The translations under genes were made by a program, and so were the position numbers. A stretch of DNA of 17,460 nt from contig JAPDJY010000074.1 of assembly GCA_029258835.1 (NCBI GenBank), forward strand, positions 1 through 17,460, in the 5' to 3' direction. Shown one piece after another: positions 1 to 7,445 of this stretch; position 1 is the stretch's first letter, and each line of letters begins with the position of its first letter. Under the pieces are notes generated by a model. That model searched no databases. It worked only from the letters and a program-made list of their open reading frames with translations, and was not told the DNA's origin. This DNA comes from Thermoproteota archaeon (GTDB taxonomy: Archaea > Asgardarchaeota > Jordiarchaeia > Jordiarchaeales > Freyrarchaeaceae).

Positions 1-2
1 TT

Positions 3-368
3 CATTTCTTACTCGAGGAAAAGTGTGAACAGGCTGGCGTTAAGGTTGAAATGGGGAAAAACGTTACAGGAGTTAAGATTAAGGATGGCTACTTAAGAGA
101 GGTAGAAGTGGATAAAGAGAAAATCACACCTTCGGTTGGCGTCGTGGCCACAGGATGGATGCTGAAGAGCATTTTAAGAATTAAAGGACTACCCCTTCAG
201 GTAAACGAGAGCCTAAATGTCGAAAAGAATGGTGAAAGAGTGGAGAATCTTTTCCTAGCATTGTCATCAGTCTCCTATGAGAACATGATAGGTCTTGGAG
301 CAGCTATTACTTCAGGTTACCTAGCTGGAATAAACGCTTTAAAGTATTTGAGGGAGGGAAGGGGTTGA
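3..368 (+). CDS. glpB: C-terminal part of a GlpB-like FAD-dependent oxidoreductase (anaerobic glycerol-3-phosphate dehydrogenase subunit B-like); 5' end lies outside the window
   Basis: Frame is open from position 3 (HFLLEEKCEQAGVKVEMG...). It contains VVATG, ENLF and GLGAAITSGYLAG motifs typical of the GlpB C-terminus and overlaps a glpC-like gene by 4 nt. Confidence 0.6.
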   Translation, partial: HFLLEEKCEQAGVKVEMGKNVTGVKIKDGYLREVEVDKEKITPSVGVVATGWMLKSILRIKGLPLQVNESLNVEKNGERVENLFLALSSVSYENMIGLGAAITSGYLAGINALKYLREGRG

Positions 369-1438
369 CGCTTAAATTGCTACTAGAAACAGATAAGTGC
401 ATTCATTGTGGTTCCTGCACGTCCGTGTGCCCCTTACTTAATGCTGGGTTAAAGGGAGACCCACAGAAAAATGGGCCAGACGCGTTGAAAGACACAGAAA
501 GAGTCAAGTATCTTACCAATTTACCCTTCAATTGTACTCTTTGCCTTGCATGCCAGGAAGTTTGCCCGGTTAATGTACCTATACCTAGAGTTGTAGAACA
601 CCTCAGAGGTAAAGTTAAAGCACCCGAATCCATAGAGCAAATGATAGAAAACATTAAGCGAAGCGAAAACATTTTCGGTTTAAAAAGCGAGGAAAGGTGG
701 ATGTGGACGTTTGAACTAGATGTAACACTAGAGGAGAGAATAGATGTTAAAGCGGACATCGGATATTTCACCGGATGTAACTCGGCTTTTTCACCGTTAC
801 TTTCCAAGATCCTTACGTCACACATATCTCTCCTTGAGAGAGCAAACGTTAACTATACGCTGCTCTCTGAAGAGGCATGTTGTGGATTTCCCTTAGTAAT
901 AGCAGGTAGAAGAGAACTCGTAGCGCCTCTAGCAGAGAAAAACATAGAGAACTTTAAAAAGAAAGGTGTAAAGAAGGTGATTACGTCATGTCCTGCATGC
1001 CTACGATCTTGGCGAGAAATCTATCCGAAAATTAAAGAGGTGCCATTTGAAGTCCAACATACAACACAGTTTCTCTGGCAACTTGTAAAAGAAGGAAAAC
1101 TTAAGGTGGCAAAGACGAAGGAAGCGTTTGTGTATCAAGATCCATGCGAGTTAGCAAGAGGATGCCATATAGTCGAAGAGCCTCGAAAGCTGATAAAAGA
1201 AACAGGAGCTAAGCTTCTAGAATTTCAAGATAAGAAGCTAGAAGCAACTTGTTGCGGTGGGGGAGGATTACTGAGAGCAACTAACGTACAGGCCGCATCT
1301 AGAATAGCCTTACTAAAGCTTCAGGAAGCAAAGCGATTAGGAGCTAAAGCAATAATAACAGCCTGCCCAGCATGCATGCAAAACTTCGTGAAGGCAGGAG
1401 GAAGAATGCAAGTGCTGGACGTTAGCGAGATCCTCTAA
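365..1438 (+). CDS. Fe-S oxidoreductase, GlpC/HdrD-like (2x[4Fe-4S] plus two CCG domains)
   Basis: CIHCGSCTSVCP and CTLCLACQEVCP ferredoxin motifs; YFTGC, ACCG, TSCPAC, YQDPC, TCCGGGG and TACPAC CCG-domain motifs; GGAGGG RBS before TTG. Confidence 0.9.
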   Translation: MTLKLLLETDKCIHCGSCTSVCPLLNAGLKGDPQKNGPDALKDTERVKYLTNLPFNCTLCLACQEVCPVNVPIPRVVEHLRGKVKAPESIEQMIENIKRSENIFGLKSEERWMWTFELDVTLEERIDVKADIGYFTGCNSAFSPLLSKILTSHISLLERANVNYTLLSEEACCGFPLVIAGRRELVAPLAEKNIENFKKKGVKKVITSCPACLRSWREIYPKIKEVPFEVQHTTQFLWQLVKEGKLKVAKTKEAFVYQDPCELARGCHIVEEPRKLIKETGAKLLEFQDKKLEATCCGGGGLLRATNVQAASRIALLKLQEAKRLGAKAIITACPACMQNFVKAGGRMQVLDVSEIL

Positions 1439-1872
1439 TGCTGCTCCCTTCTCCTCCTTCTCCTAATTCTCGACGTTACTCTCTCAAGAACCCTTAAACC
1501 CACTGCAAGCCTTGCACTTCTTGAAATGAGACCGGCAATAAGTATGGTATCGAAGACTTCCTCTATAGAGGCGCCCTCACGTAGCGCAGCTTCTATGTGA
1601 AAATCAGTGCAGTGTTCGCAACCTAAAGCCACAGCAGCAGATATAGCGACGAGTTCCGCCACTTTAGGACTTAGGACGGTAGGCTTCCTCAGCGTAAGAA
1701 GAGTGCTTAAAGCATCTAACACTAAAAGCTCAGGTTTATGTTTAGCAATTGAATCGGCGATGAAAGGCACCCTACCATAACTTTCACGCATTTCATCAAT
1801 AATATCCTTTACACTTTCATCTAAGCTTTCAAAAATCTGTTTAACAAGCCTCCTCAAAGCCAAAGCGATCAC
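1435..1872 (-). CDS. Carboxymuconolactone decarboxylase / AhpD-like protein
   Basis: LSPKVAELVAISAAVALGCEHCTDFHIEAALREGASIEEV is the CMD/AhpD core with CxxC. Exact start is uncertain. Confidence 0.85.
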   Translation of the reverse strand: MIALALRRLVKQIFESLDESVKDIIDEMRESYGRVPFIADSIAKHKPELLVLDALSTLLTLRKPTVLSPKVAELVAISAAVALGCEHCTDFHIEAALREGASIEEVFDTILIAGLISRSARLAVGLRVLERVTSRIRRRRRREQH

Positions 1873-2027
1873 CCATAAATTTAAAAGAAGAGAAAAATTT
1901 ATCCTTTTGCTTAAATAAGAACTAGGAAAAGGAAAAATTAAAAAAGAAACGAACTTAACTTTCTAACAGGCAAGGATGACGGATGGTGCGGGGATGCCCG
2001 AGTCTGGCCAAAGGGGCTGGGCTTAGG

Positions 2028-2045
2028 TCCCGAGAAGGGTGAGAC
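2028..2045 (+). other. tRNA intron, canonical 37/38 position (18 nt)
   Basis: BHB: helix CTTA/TGAG, bulges GG|T and AC|A, inner helix CCC/GGG. Confidence 0.92.
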
Positions 2046-2059
2046 ACCCAGTGGCGTAG

Positions 2060-2076
2060 ACGTTCAAGCGGCGTAA
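2060..2076 (+). other. tRNA intron in the variable-arm loop (17 nt)
   Basis: BHB: helix GCGT/GCGT (two G-U pairs), bulges AG|A and AA|G, inner helix CGT/GCG. Removal restores GGCGTAGGCC. Confidence 0.88.
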
Positions 2077-2093
2077 GCCTGCGCGCGTTCAAA

Positions 2094-2121
2094 AGGGTGT
2101 CCTAGATAGGTACCCTGAAAG
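2094..2121 (+). other. tRNA intron in the T-loop, 59/60 (28 nt)
   Basis: BHB: helix TTCA/TGAA, bulges AA|A and AG|T, inner helix GGGT/ACCC. Removal restores TTCAAAT. Confidence 0.92.
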
Positions 2122-2234
2122 TCGCGCTCCCCGCACCACACCTTCTTGCTTTTTATCCGCATTAACATTGACTCAACTGTTAAACGTTTCAGTGTATAAG
2201 GGATTGTTTTTACATTTGGGTTGGAGGTGAGGAT

Positions 2235-3026
2235 TTGGAAAGAGGCATTCGGAGGATAGAGGAAAAGTTAGATAGGGCAAGAATTAAAGAGAAAAGGTCG
2301 GAGGATTTTAAAACCGTTGAAGGCGTATTAGACTCTAGTACGCTAATGGTATTATATGAGTTGGCTAACCGCGGATATTTTGATAAGCTTTTAGGCGTCG
2401 TCTCAACGGGGAAGGAGGCGAACGTCTACTGGGCTACTGATGGTGACAGGGATTTAGCCGTAAAAATTTATCGTACTTCAACGCTTGATTTTAAGAAAAT
2501 TTGGATGTACATTGTAGGCGACCCGCGATTTGCCAAGATTAAAAGAAGCACTAGGGGTATGATGTATATTTGGGCTGAAAAAGAGTATAAGAATCTAAAA
2601 CTTGCAAATGAAGTAGGGGTAAGAGTACCCAAGCCACTAGTTCAACGTAAAAATGTCCTAATAATGGAGTTTATAGGGGAAGACGGCGTTCCGGCCCCTA
2701 GACTAAAAGACATTAAACTAACTAGCAGAGAGTATGAAGAAGCACTTAAAAAAATAGTCGAGTATATCACAATCCTTTATAGAAACGCGGAATTAGTCCA
2801 TTCAGATCTAAGTGAGTATAATGTTTTATGGTGGAATGAACCTGTGCTGATAGATCTCTCCCAAGCAGTTCTTATAAGCCACCCATTATCCCAAGAGTTC
2901 CTTGTAAGAGATCTTAAAAACATTTTAAAATACTTTTCAAACGAGGGAGTAAGGACGCCGACACTTGAAGAAGTATACCACCGAGTAACGGGGGAGAAGC
3001 CGCCATGGAAGCCAGGGAATACATAA
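2235..3026 (+). CDS. rio1: RIO1 serine/threonine kinase
   Basis: STGKEANVY, AVKIYRTS, WAEKEYKNL, LVHSDLSEYN and IDLSQAV motifs; GGAGGTGA RBS before TTG. Confidence 0.95.
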   Translation: MERGIRRIEEKLDRARIKEKRSEDFKTVEGVLDSSTLMVLYELANRGYFDKLLGVVSTGKEANVYWATDGDRDLAVKIYRTSTLDFKKIWMYIVGDPRFAKIKRSTRGMMYIWAEKEYKNLKLANEVGVRVPKPLVQRKNVLIMEFIGEDGVPAPRLKDIKLTSREYEEALKKIVEYITILYRNAELVHSDLSEYNVLWWNEPVLIDLSQAVLISHPLSQEFLVRDLKNILKYFSNEGVRTPTLEEVYHRVTGEKPPWKPGNT

Positions 3027-3565
3027 AGGTGCCAAAAGAACGAATAGGAGTAATAGTCGGGAAAAAAGGAGAAGTTAAAAGAAGAGTAGAGCAAGAAACA
3101 AAAACTAAAATAACAATTGACAGTAAGGATGGAGTGGTCTCAATAGAAGCAACCGATGAAACAGATGATCCGCTCGCAGTCTGGAGGGCAAGAGATATAA
3201 TAATAGCCATGGCAAGAGGATTCAGCCCTGAAAGAGCAATGCGCCTCTTAGATGAAGAGCAAATGCTAGAAGTCATAGATTTAACTAGGATCATAGGAAG
3301 ATCACGGAACACACTCATAAGAGTTAAAGGAAGGATAATAGGAGAAGAAGGGAAAGCTAGAAGAATAATAGAGGAAACATGTGGTGCCGTAATATCAGTA
3401 TATGGCCACACGGTAAGTATAATAGGAGACATAGACCAACTTCAATGCGCGAAAAAAGCGATAATGATGCTCATCCACGGAGCACGCCACTCAACAGTAT
3501 ATAAAACCATCCAAAAAATAGCACGTTCAATTAAAATGAGAAAAATAATTCCACGTCCATTCTGA
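3005..3565 (+). CDS. dim2: KH-domain pre-rRNA processing protein (archaeal Dim2/Pno1)
   Basis: IKVPKERIGVIVGKKG, RGFSPERA, RVKGRIIGEEGKARRIIEE and GARHSTVY motifs; conserved adjacency to rio1. Confidence 0.93.
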   Translation: MEAREYIKVPKERIGVIVGKKGEVKRRVEQETKTKITIDSKDGVVSIEATDETDDPLAVWRARDIIIAMARGFSPERAMRLLDEEQMLEVIDLTRIIGRSRNTLIRVKGRIIGEEGKARRIIEETCGAVISVYGHTVSIIGDIDQLQCAKKAIMMLIHGARHSTVYKTIQKIARSIKMRKIIPRPF

Positions 3566-3644
3566 AAAATAGATAAACATTAAGGACTATAAGGATGGTC
3601 AAAAATAGAGTGGTGCGAGGGGTGGGATTTGAACCCACGCAGGC

Positions 3645-3661
3645 TTACGCCGTTTAAACGT
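3645..3661 (-). other. tRNA intron in the variable-arm loop (17 nt)
   Basis: ACGTTTAAACGGCGTAA has the same BHB and position as the 2060-2076 intron and is 15/17 identical to it. Confidence 0.9.
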
Positions 3662-3696
3662 CTACGCCACAGGAGCCTCAGTCCTGCCCCTTTGAC

Positions 3697-3715
3697 TTAG
3701 CCTCATCCACTGGAT
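3697..3715 (-). other. tRNA intron in the D-loop between G18 and G19 (19 nt)
   Basis: Helix AGCC/GGCT with bulges AG|A and AA|G. The inner helix is short, so this is a relaxed BHB/BHL. Confidence 0.85.
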
Positions 3716-3860
3716 CTGGCTCGGGCACCCTCGCTAATCCATCTAGGGTTAAAGGTAGTTCGAATTCTGAATAATGAAATGTAGGTTTTTATAGTTTTCT
3801 CTTTTTAGGAAGGCATCGTGAAGGTTCAAATTGAAAGGATAATTTTTCTTAGTAAGATGG

Positions 3861-4577
3861 TTATGCTTTTCCTTGGGGAGAAAGGATTATTCTAGCGTCT
3901 ACTGCTTTTGCTCCTTCGGGATATGCAAAGATCGGGTTGAGGTCCAATTGGTCTATCTCGGGATGGTCCATGGATAGGTCTGATACCTTTAAGAGTATGT
4001 CTATTAGTGCATCTAAGTCTACTGGGGGTTGACCTCTTATGCCCTCTAGGATCGGGTAGCCTTTGATTTCTTTTATCATTTCTTCTGCATCATACCTTGT
4101 TATAGGGGCCACTCTGAAGGAGACGTCTTTTAGCACTTCTACGAATATTCCTCCTAAACCGAACATTAGTGCTGGGCCGAACTGGGGGTCTTTTGCCATA
4201 CCTACGATTACTTCTCTGCCTTCTGGAGCATATTCTTGAACTAGGATGCCTATGATTTTTGCGTTGCTTTTATACTTTTTGACGTTTTCTTCTATTTCTT
4301 TGAAGGCTGTTTTTACTTCTGTGCTGTTTTTAAGGTTTACTTTTACGCCGCCTGCGTCGCTTTTGTGTATTATGTCGGGAGAAACTATTTTGAGGACAAC
4401 GGGGTACCCTATCTCCTCGGCATGTTTAACTGCTTCGTCAGGGGTTTTCGCTATTTTGAAGGTAGTCGTCGGGATTCCGTAGGACTGAATTATCTCTTTT
4501 GCTTCGGGTTCTAAGAGGTATGTTCTCCCTTCACTCAGTGCTTTTTGAATTATTTTTGAGGTTACGTCATTGGACAT
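3861..4577 (-). CDS. acdB: ADP-forming acetate/acyl-CoA ligase beta subunit (ATP-grasp)
   Basis: LLEPEAKEII, GYPVVLKIVSPDIIHKSDAGGV, DPQFGPALMFGLGGIFVEVLKDVSFRVAP and LDLNP motifs. Start moved to ATG 4577 because of a GTGAGGT RBS. Confidence 0.92.
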   Translation of the reverse strand: MSNDVTSKIIQKALSEGRTYLLEPEAKEIIQSYGIPTTTFKIAKTPDEAVKHAEEIGYPVVLKIVSPDIIHKSDAGGVKVNLKNSTEVKTAFKEIEENVKKYKSNAKIIGILVQEYAPEGREVIVGMAKDPQFGPALMFGLGGIFVEVLKDVSFRVAPITRYDAEEMIKEIKGYPILEGIRGQPPVDLDALIDILLKVSDLSMDHPEIDQLDLNPIFAYPEGAKAVDARIILSPQGKA

Positions 4578-4664
4578 TTTACCCAACCTCACGCCTTTAG
4601 TTCTGACTAATGAAAAACCAAACTTAATAGAAAAACGTTTTGTTGAGGGAGTCTTCATCCAGGA

Positions 4665-4682
4665 ATTATATTAAAACTTTTC
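4665..4682 (-). promoter_or_regulatory. Putative BRE-TATA promoter upstream of acdB
   Basis: Minus strand GAAAAGTTTTAATATAAT. Confidence 0.5.
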
Positions 4683-4793
4683 AATGGAAAGAGGGTAGAT
4701 GCTGGGAGGTAATGGTTAGAGGGGTGAGAGGCGAAGTGTGATCTTAGTTTAGGTTATGTTTTGAACATTTTCGGGTGGGGGAAGTGGAATGAA

Positions 4794-5558
4794 CTAGGTG
4801 AGGGGTTCGCCGCCACAATATATTCTCTCTAGGGATGCTTGAAGGATGTCTAAGCCTTTGATCCTAGTTGAAGACGTGGGGATTGGGACGTCAAACATGT
4901 GGATTTTCGTTAATGCATCGTATATGTTTAGGGTCATTTCCCTTTTTATTCCCTTAACTTCCTTCTCTACGTCTTCTAAAAGCGTGTGCGGTTCTGCGAT
5001 CCAGTTAATGATCTTTTGGCGCTCTTGATCTGTTAAGGTGTCAGCTTTTGAGAGAACGTTAATTTGAGGAAGGATGAAGCGGTATTGGACGGAAGCTCCT
5101 AAAAGAAGAACGCTTATGAATCCCGAGGGAGAACGCACAAGAAATGGATCCATTAAAAAGCAGACTGCGCTCTGCGCCCCTCCCAGCGCAGATGTTATTA
5201 TTGGACCTGACTCCCTGAAGGCGAACAGCTCTAGCTGGCCGGGGGTGTCTATTAGCACGTGGGTCGCAGCCAAATCCTCCAGCTCTCTCTTTAGGTCTTC
5301 TACAAAGTTTATGGTCATGTCTATGCATGCAATTAGGCCTCCGTTTGGACCTAGATTGAAGGTGTCCATTACATCTTCTAGGACTATGTATTCTCTTATA
5401 TCGACATCGGGTGTATATGGAATATATCTTGCTCCAGGATCCAAGTTGACTGTGACCACGTCTACATCATGGTCTCCAAGCCATTCTGCAAAAACACCGG
5501 CTAATGTCGATTTTCCGCTTCCTGCCGTTCCTACGAAAAAAGTGGCGTAATAGGAAAT
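4794..5558 (-). CDS. GPN-loop GTPase; probable non-canonical ATT start
   Basis: Frame extends upstream of the ORF call to include Walker A (YYATFFVGTAGSGKST); NLDPG, LGPNGGL, DTPGQLE and SKAD motifs are present. There is no in-frame ATG/GTG/TTG upstream of Walker A, and ATT at 5558-5556 lies 8 nt after a GGGGGG RBS. Confidence 0.88.
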   Translation of the reverse strand: MSYYATFFVGTAGSGKSTLAGVFAEWLGDHDVDVVTVNLDPGARYIPYTPDVDIREYIVLEDVMDTFNLGPNGGLIACIDMTINFVEDLKRELEDLAATHVLIDTPGQLELFAFRESGPIITSALGGAQSAVCFLMDPFLVRSPSGFISVLLLGASVQYRFILPQINVLSKADTLTDQERQKIINWIAEPHTLLEDVEKEVKGIKREMTLNIYDALTKIHMFDVPIPTSSTRIKGLDILQASLERIYCGGEPLT

Positions 5559-5635
5559 TTTCCATTCCCCCCTTCAAGTCCATAGAAAAGCTAAAAAGAA
5601 ACGACGTTGAAAAAGTTTATGGAGGTTTGCTTCCC

Positions 5636-5782
5636 TTGGACGAATACTGTGCTGTGGTAAACTGTAAGAAGAAGCTTAAGGAAGGGGAGTACATAGAAAT
5701 TGATGGAACAAAGTATTGTAAATCATGCGCGGCCCTTATTGCCAAAGAGATTGTTTTAGGATTGATGAAACCAAGGGAATAG
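5636..5782 (+). CDS. Small (about 48 aa) putative Zn-finger protein
   Basis: GGAGGT RBS at 5621-5626 and TTG at 5636. Product is MDEYCAVVNCKKKLKEGEYIEIDGTKYCKSCAALIAKEIVLGLMKPRE (Cx4C...CxxC). Confidence 0.6.
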   Translation: MDEYCAVVNCKKKLKEGEYIEIDGTKYCKSCAALIAKEIVLGLMKPRE

Positions 5783-5855
5783 TTAATTAATGGAATGATC
5801 AATGATGTTAATTTTTACATCTCCTAAAAATAGAAAGCGGCTTTTCCCATTTCAT

Positions 5856-5871
5856 AACGTTAAAAAACGTT
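5856..5871 (-). terminator. T-rich hairpin at the carS stop, candidate terminator
   Basis: Minus strand AACGTT-TTTT-AACGTT directly at the TAA, in a convergent intergenic gap. Confidence 0.35.
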
Positions 5872-6551
5872 TACCATGGTTCCTTCTTAAGGTTCAATGC
5901 ATAGCCAGTAATGTTGGCTGTTAGATGCACAGCAGGAGTTAACAATAGGGCTGTTACCAAGATTTCTATTGGTGGTACGTAGAAAATCGATGAAAGTAGA
6001 ATGGCGCCTATCACGAAGTCAAGCTGGTCTAACCCAGGAGCCGGCTTACCTCTTTCCATTTTCAAACGTCGCTTAATGAAGGAGCCTGCAAGGTCGCCTA
6101 CTAACGCGCCCATTGAAAGAAGGAACCCCTTTACGGGGGAGGGAATTATAACTTCTTTAATTGTTAAGGGGTAGCCTAGGAGCGCAAAATAGAAAGGAGA
6201 AAGCAGTAGGGAATTAAGTATTATAAGGGATATGAGCGATTGGAAGCCAAGCACGTGAAGCATTAAAATAAACTGTAAGGTTACTGGTGAAAAACGCAGC
6301 ATAAATATACCTATGGTGTTTCCTGAAATGGTTTGGGCAAAACCGACGAGTGTCCCCGCAAGGATTCCCCCTAAGAAGCCACGTAATGTTTTTCCTGCTC
6401 CAAAAATTCGCCTTCCATCGATAAAGTTTTTCCCTAGGTCTAGGGGGATATTTAAGCGGCTGCCCCTCCCAAAAACCACAGCTAAGCCATTTGCGGCATA
6501 GGCAGGAAGGATGTACCAGAACATTAAGAGAATGAGAGTTAAGGCGTTCAT
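5871..6551 (-). CDS. carS: CDP-archaeol synthase, with a hydrophobic internal insertion
   Basis: ILPAYAANG, PLDLG, DGRRIFGAGKTLRG, GDLAGSFIKRR, GLDQLDF and C-terminal LKKEPW motifs. Confidence 0.92.
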   Translation of the reverse strand: MNALTLILLMFWYILPAYAANGLAVVFGRGSRLNIPLDLGKNFIDGRRIFGAGKTLRGFLGGILAGTLVGFAQTISGNTIGIFMLRFSPVTLQFILMLHVLGFQSLISLIILNSLLLSPFYFALLGYPLTIKEVIIPSPVKGFLLSMGALVGDLAGSFIKRRLKMERGKPAPGLDQLDFVIGAILLSSIFYVPPIEILVTALLLTPAVHLTANITGYALNLKKEPW

Positions 6552-6589
6552 CTATTTAACCTCCCTTCAAAACCAAAACAGGGACTTAT

Positions 6590-7258
6590 TTAAATTAGTT
6601 TTCGCTCTTTAATTGTTAATTCTGCCGATGAGTTCACATTACCTTTTCCTTTAACAAGTGTAACCCTGATTTTTCCAGGCATTAAACGTTCTAGCTTTAA
6701 TTCGATTGCCGACCAATAAGAGACGACGTTTCCTCCGACAGGACGCACACATGCCAGTTCAGGGTCTACGGCAACATGGTTTGTTAGGAGGATAGAGGAG
6801 GGTGTCTCTTGGGCTAAGTCCAGTAACTCTGCAAGTTGCAGGTTCAGTTTACGGTTCACGGCAATGTTCTGTTCTTTTTCCCCAAGTTCTAGGCGGTACA
6901 TCGATGCAATACTGTCCACGATTACTAGTGATGATGGCGGGAGAAGAGCGTATAAGCGTTCTATGAGTTTCTCCTGCTCTGCAAAGGAGTTAGGTTTAGC
7001 CAGCATAATGCGGTCTAAAACGTTCTTCGGTGCAAAATTGAGGAGCATCCTAGGATGAAGGCTGTGGTCTGCGTCGATATAAAAGACCTTTCTTCCGTGT
7101 GATGCCGCTGAAAGAGCGCAATGAAGGCTAAAGAGGGTCTTACCACTCCCCCTAGGGCCAAACACGTGTGTTATTAAGCCAAAGGGAAGACCACCAGAGA
7201 GGAGGTCGTCTATCTTGCGGATTCCAGTAGAGATTTTTAAGCTTTGATTTGCATCCAC
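6590..7258 (-). CDS. radB: RadB-like RecA-superfamily ATPase
   Basis: ISTGIRKIDDLLSGGL, Walker A GPRGSGKT, VIVDSIASMYR, LLTNHV and PVGGNVVSYWS motifs. GTG start at 7258 follows a GAGGTG RBS. The usual C-terminal KHR patch is not evident. Confidence 0.8.
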   Translation of the reverse strand: MDANQSLKISTGIRKIDDLLSGGLPFGLITHVFGPRGSGKTLFSLHCALSAASHGRKVFYIDADHSLHPRMLLNFAPKNVLDRIMLAKPNSFAEQEKLIERLYALLPPSSLVIVDSIASMYRLELGEKEQNIAVNRKLNLQLAELLDLAQETPSSILLTNHVAVDPELACVRPVGGNVVSYWSAIELKLERLMPGKIRVTLVKGKGNVNSSAELTIKERKLI

Positions 7259-7445
7259 GGCTTTACACCTCTGAATTATCAGTAGCCTTTGCAACTTCAA
7301 AGGAAAAGTATTTTTTGAAGAGTTTTCATAGCGTCTTCCCTATAGAAGAGGGACCTAAATGTCTAATATAGGAGGCGAGAAAAATATATTTTCAGTTCTG
7401 AAGTGGTGGGAAGTAGCCGCTTAAAAGGGGAAAAGAGGGGGTTCA

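Larger units (their letters stand above)
1988..2138 (+). tRNA. tRNA-Leu(UAG) with three BHB introns (37/38, variable loop, 59/60); CCA encoded
   Basis: Exons 1988-2027, 2046-2059, 2077-2093 and 2122-2138 join into a full cloverleaf: acceptor GCGGGGA/TCCCCGC, anticodon stem CTGGG/CCCAG with TAG at 2024-2026, variable arm GGC-GTAG-GCC, T-arm GCGCG-TTCAAAT-CGCGC, then ACCA. Confidence 0.95.
3611..3734 (-). tRNA. tRNA-Leu(GAG) with two non-canonical introns (D-loop 18/19 and variable loop); CCA encoded
   Basis: Minus strand reads GCGAGGGTGCCCGAGCCAG [19 nt] GTCAAAGGGGCAGGACTGAGGCTCCTGTGGCGTAG [17 nt] GCCTGCGTGGGTTCAAATCCCACCCCTCGCACCA. All stems pair and the anticodon is at 3679-3677. Confidence 0.95.

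Noticed and set aside
5550-5571. BHB intron joining an upstream ATG to the GPN GTPase frame (16-nt candidate)
   Set aside because: Only a GGGG/TCCT helix with two G-U pairs and no flanking helices in register. An ATT start is simpler.
5504-5635. N-terminal part of the 92-aa ORF 5504-5782
   Set aside because: It overlaps the GPN GTPase Walker A on the opposite strand and the divergent promoter region; the RBS points to 5636.
5848-5878. Hairpin after carS as an intron removing the stop codon (it resembles the tRNA-half intron core)
   Set aside because: Bulge geometry is wrong (4 nt), there is no outer helix, and CarS already ends at its conserved PW terminus.
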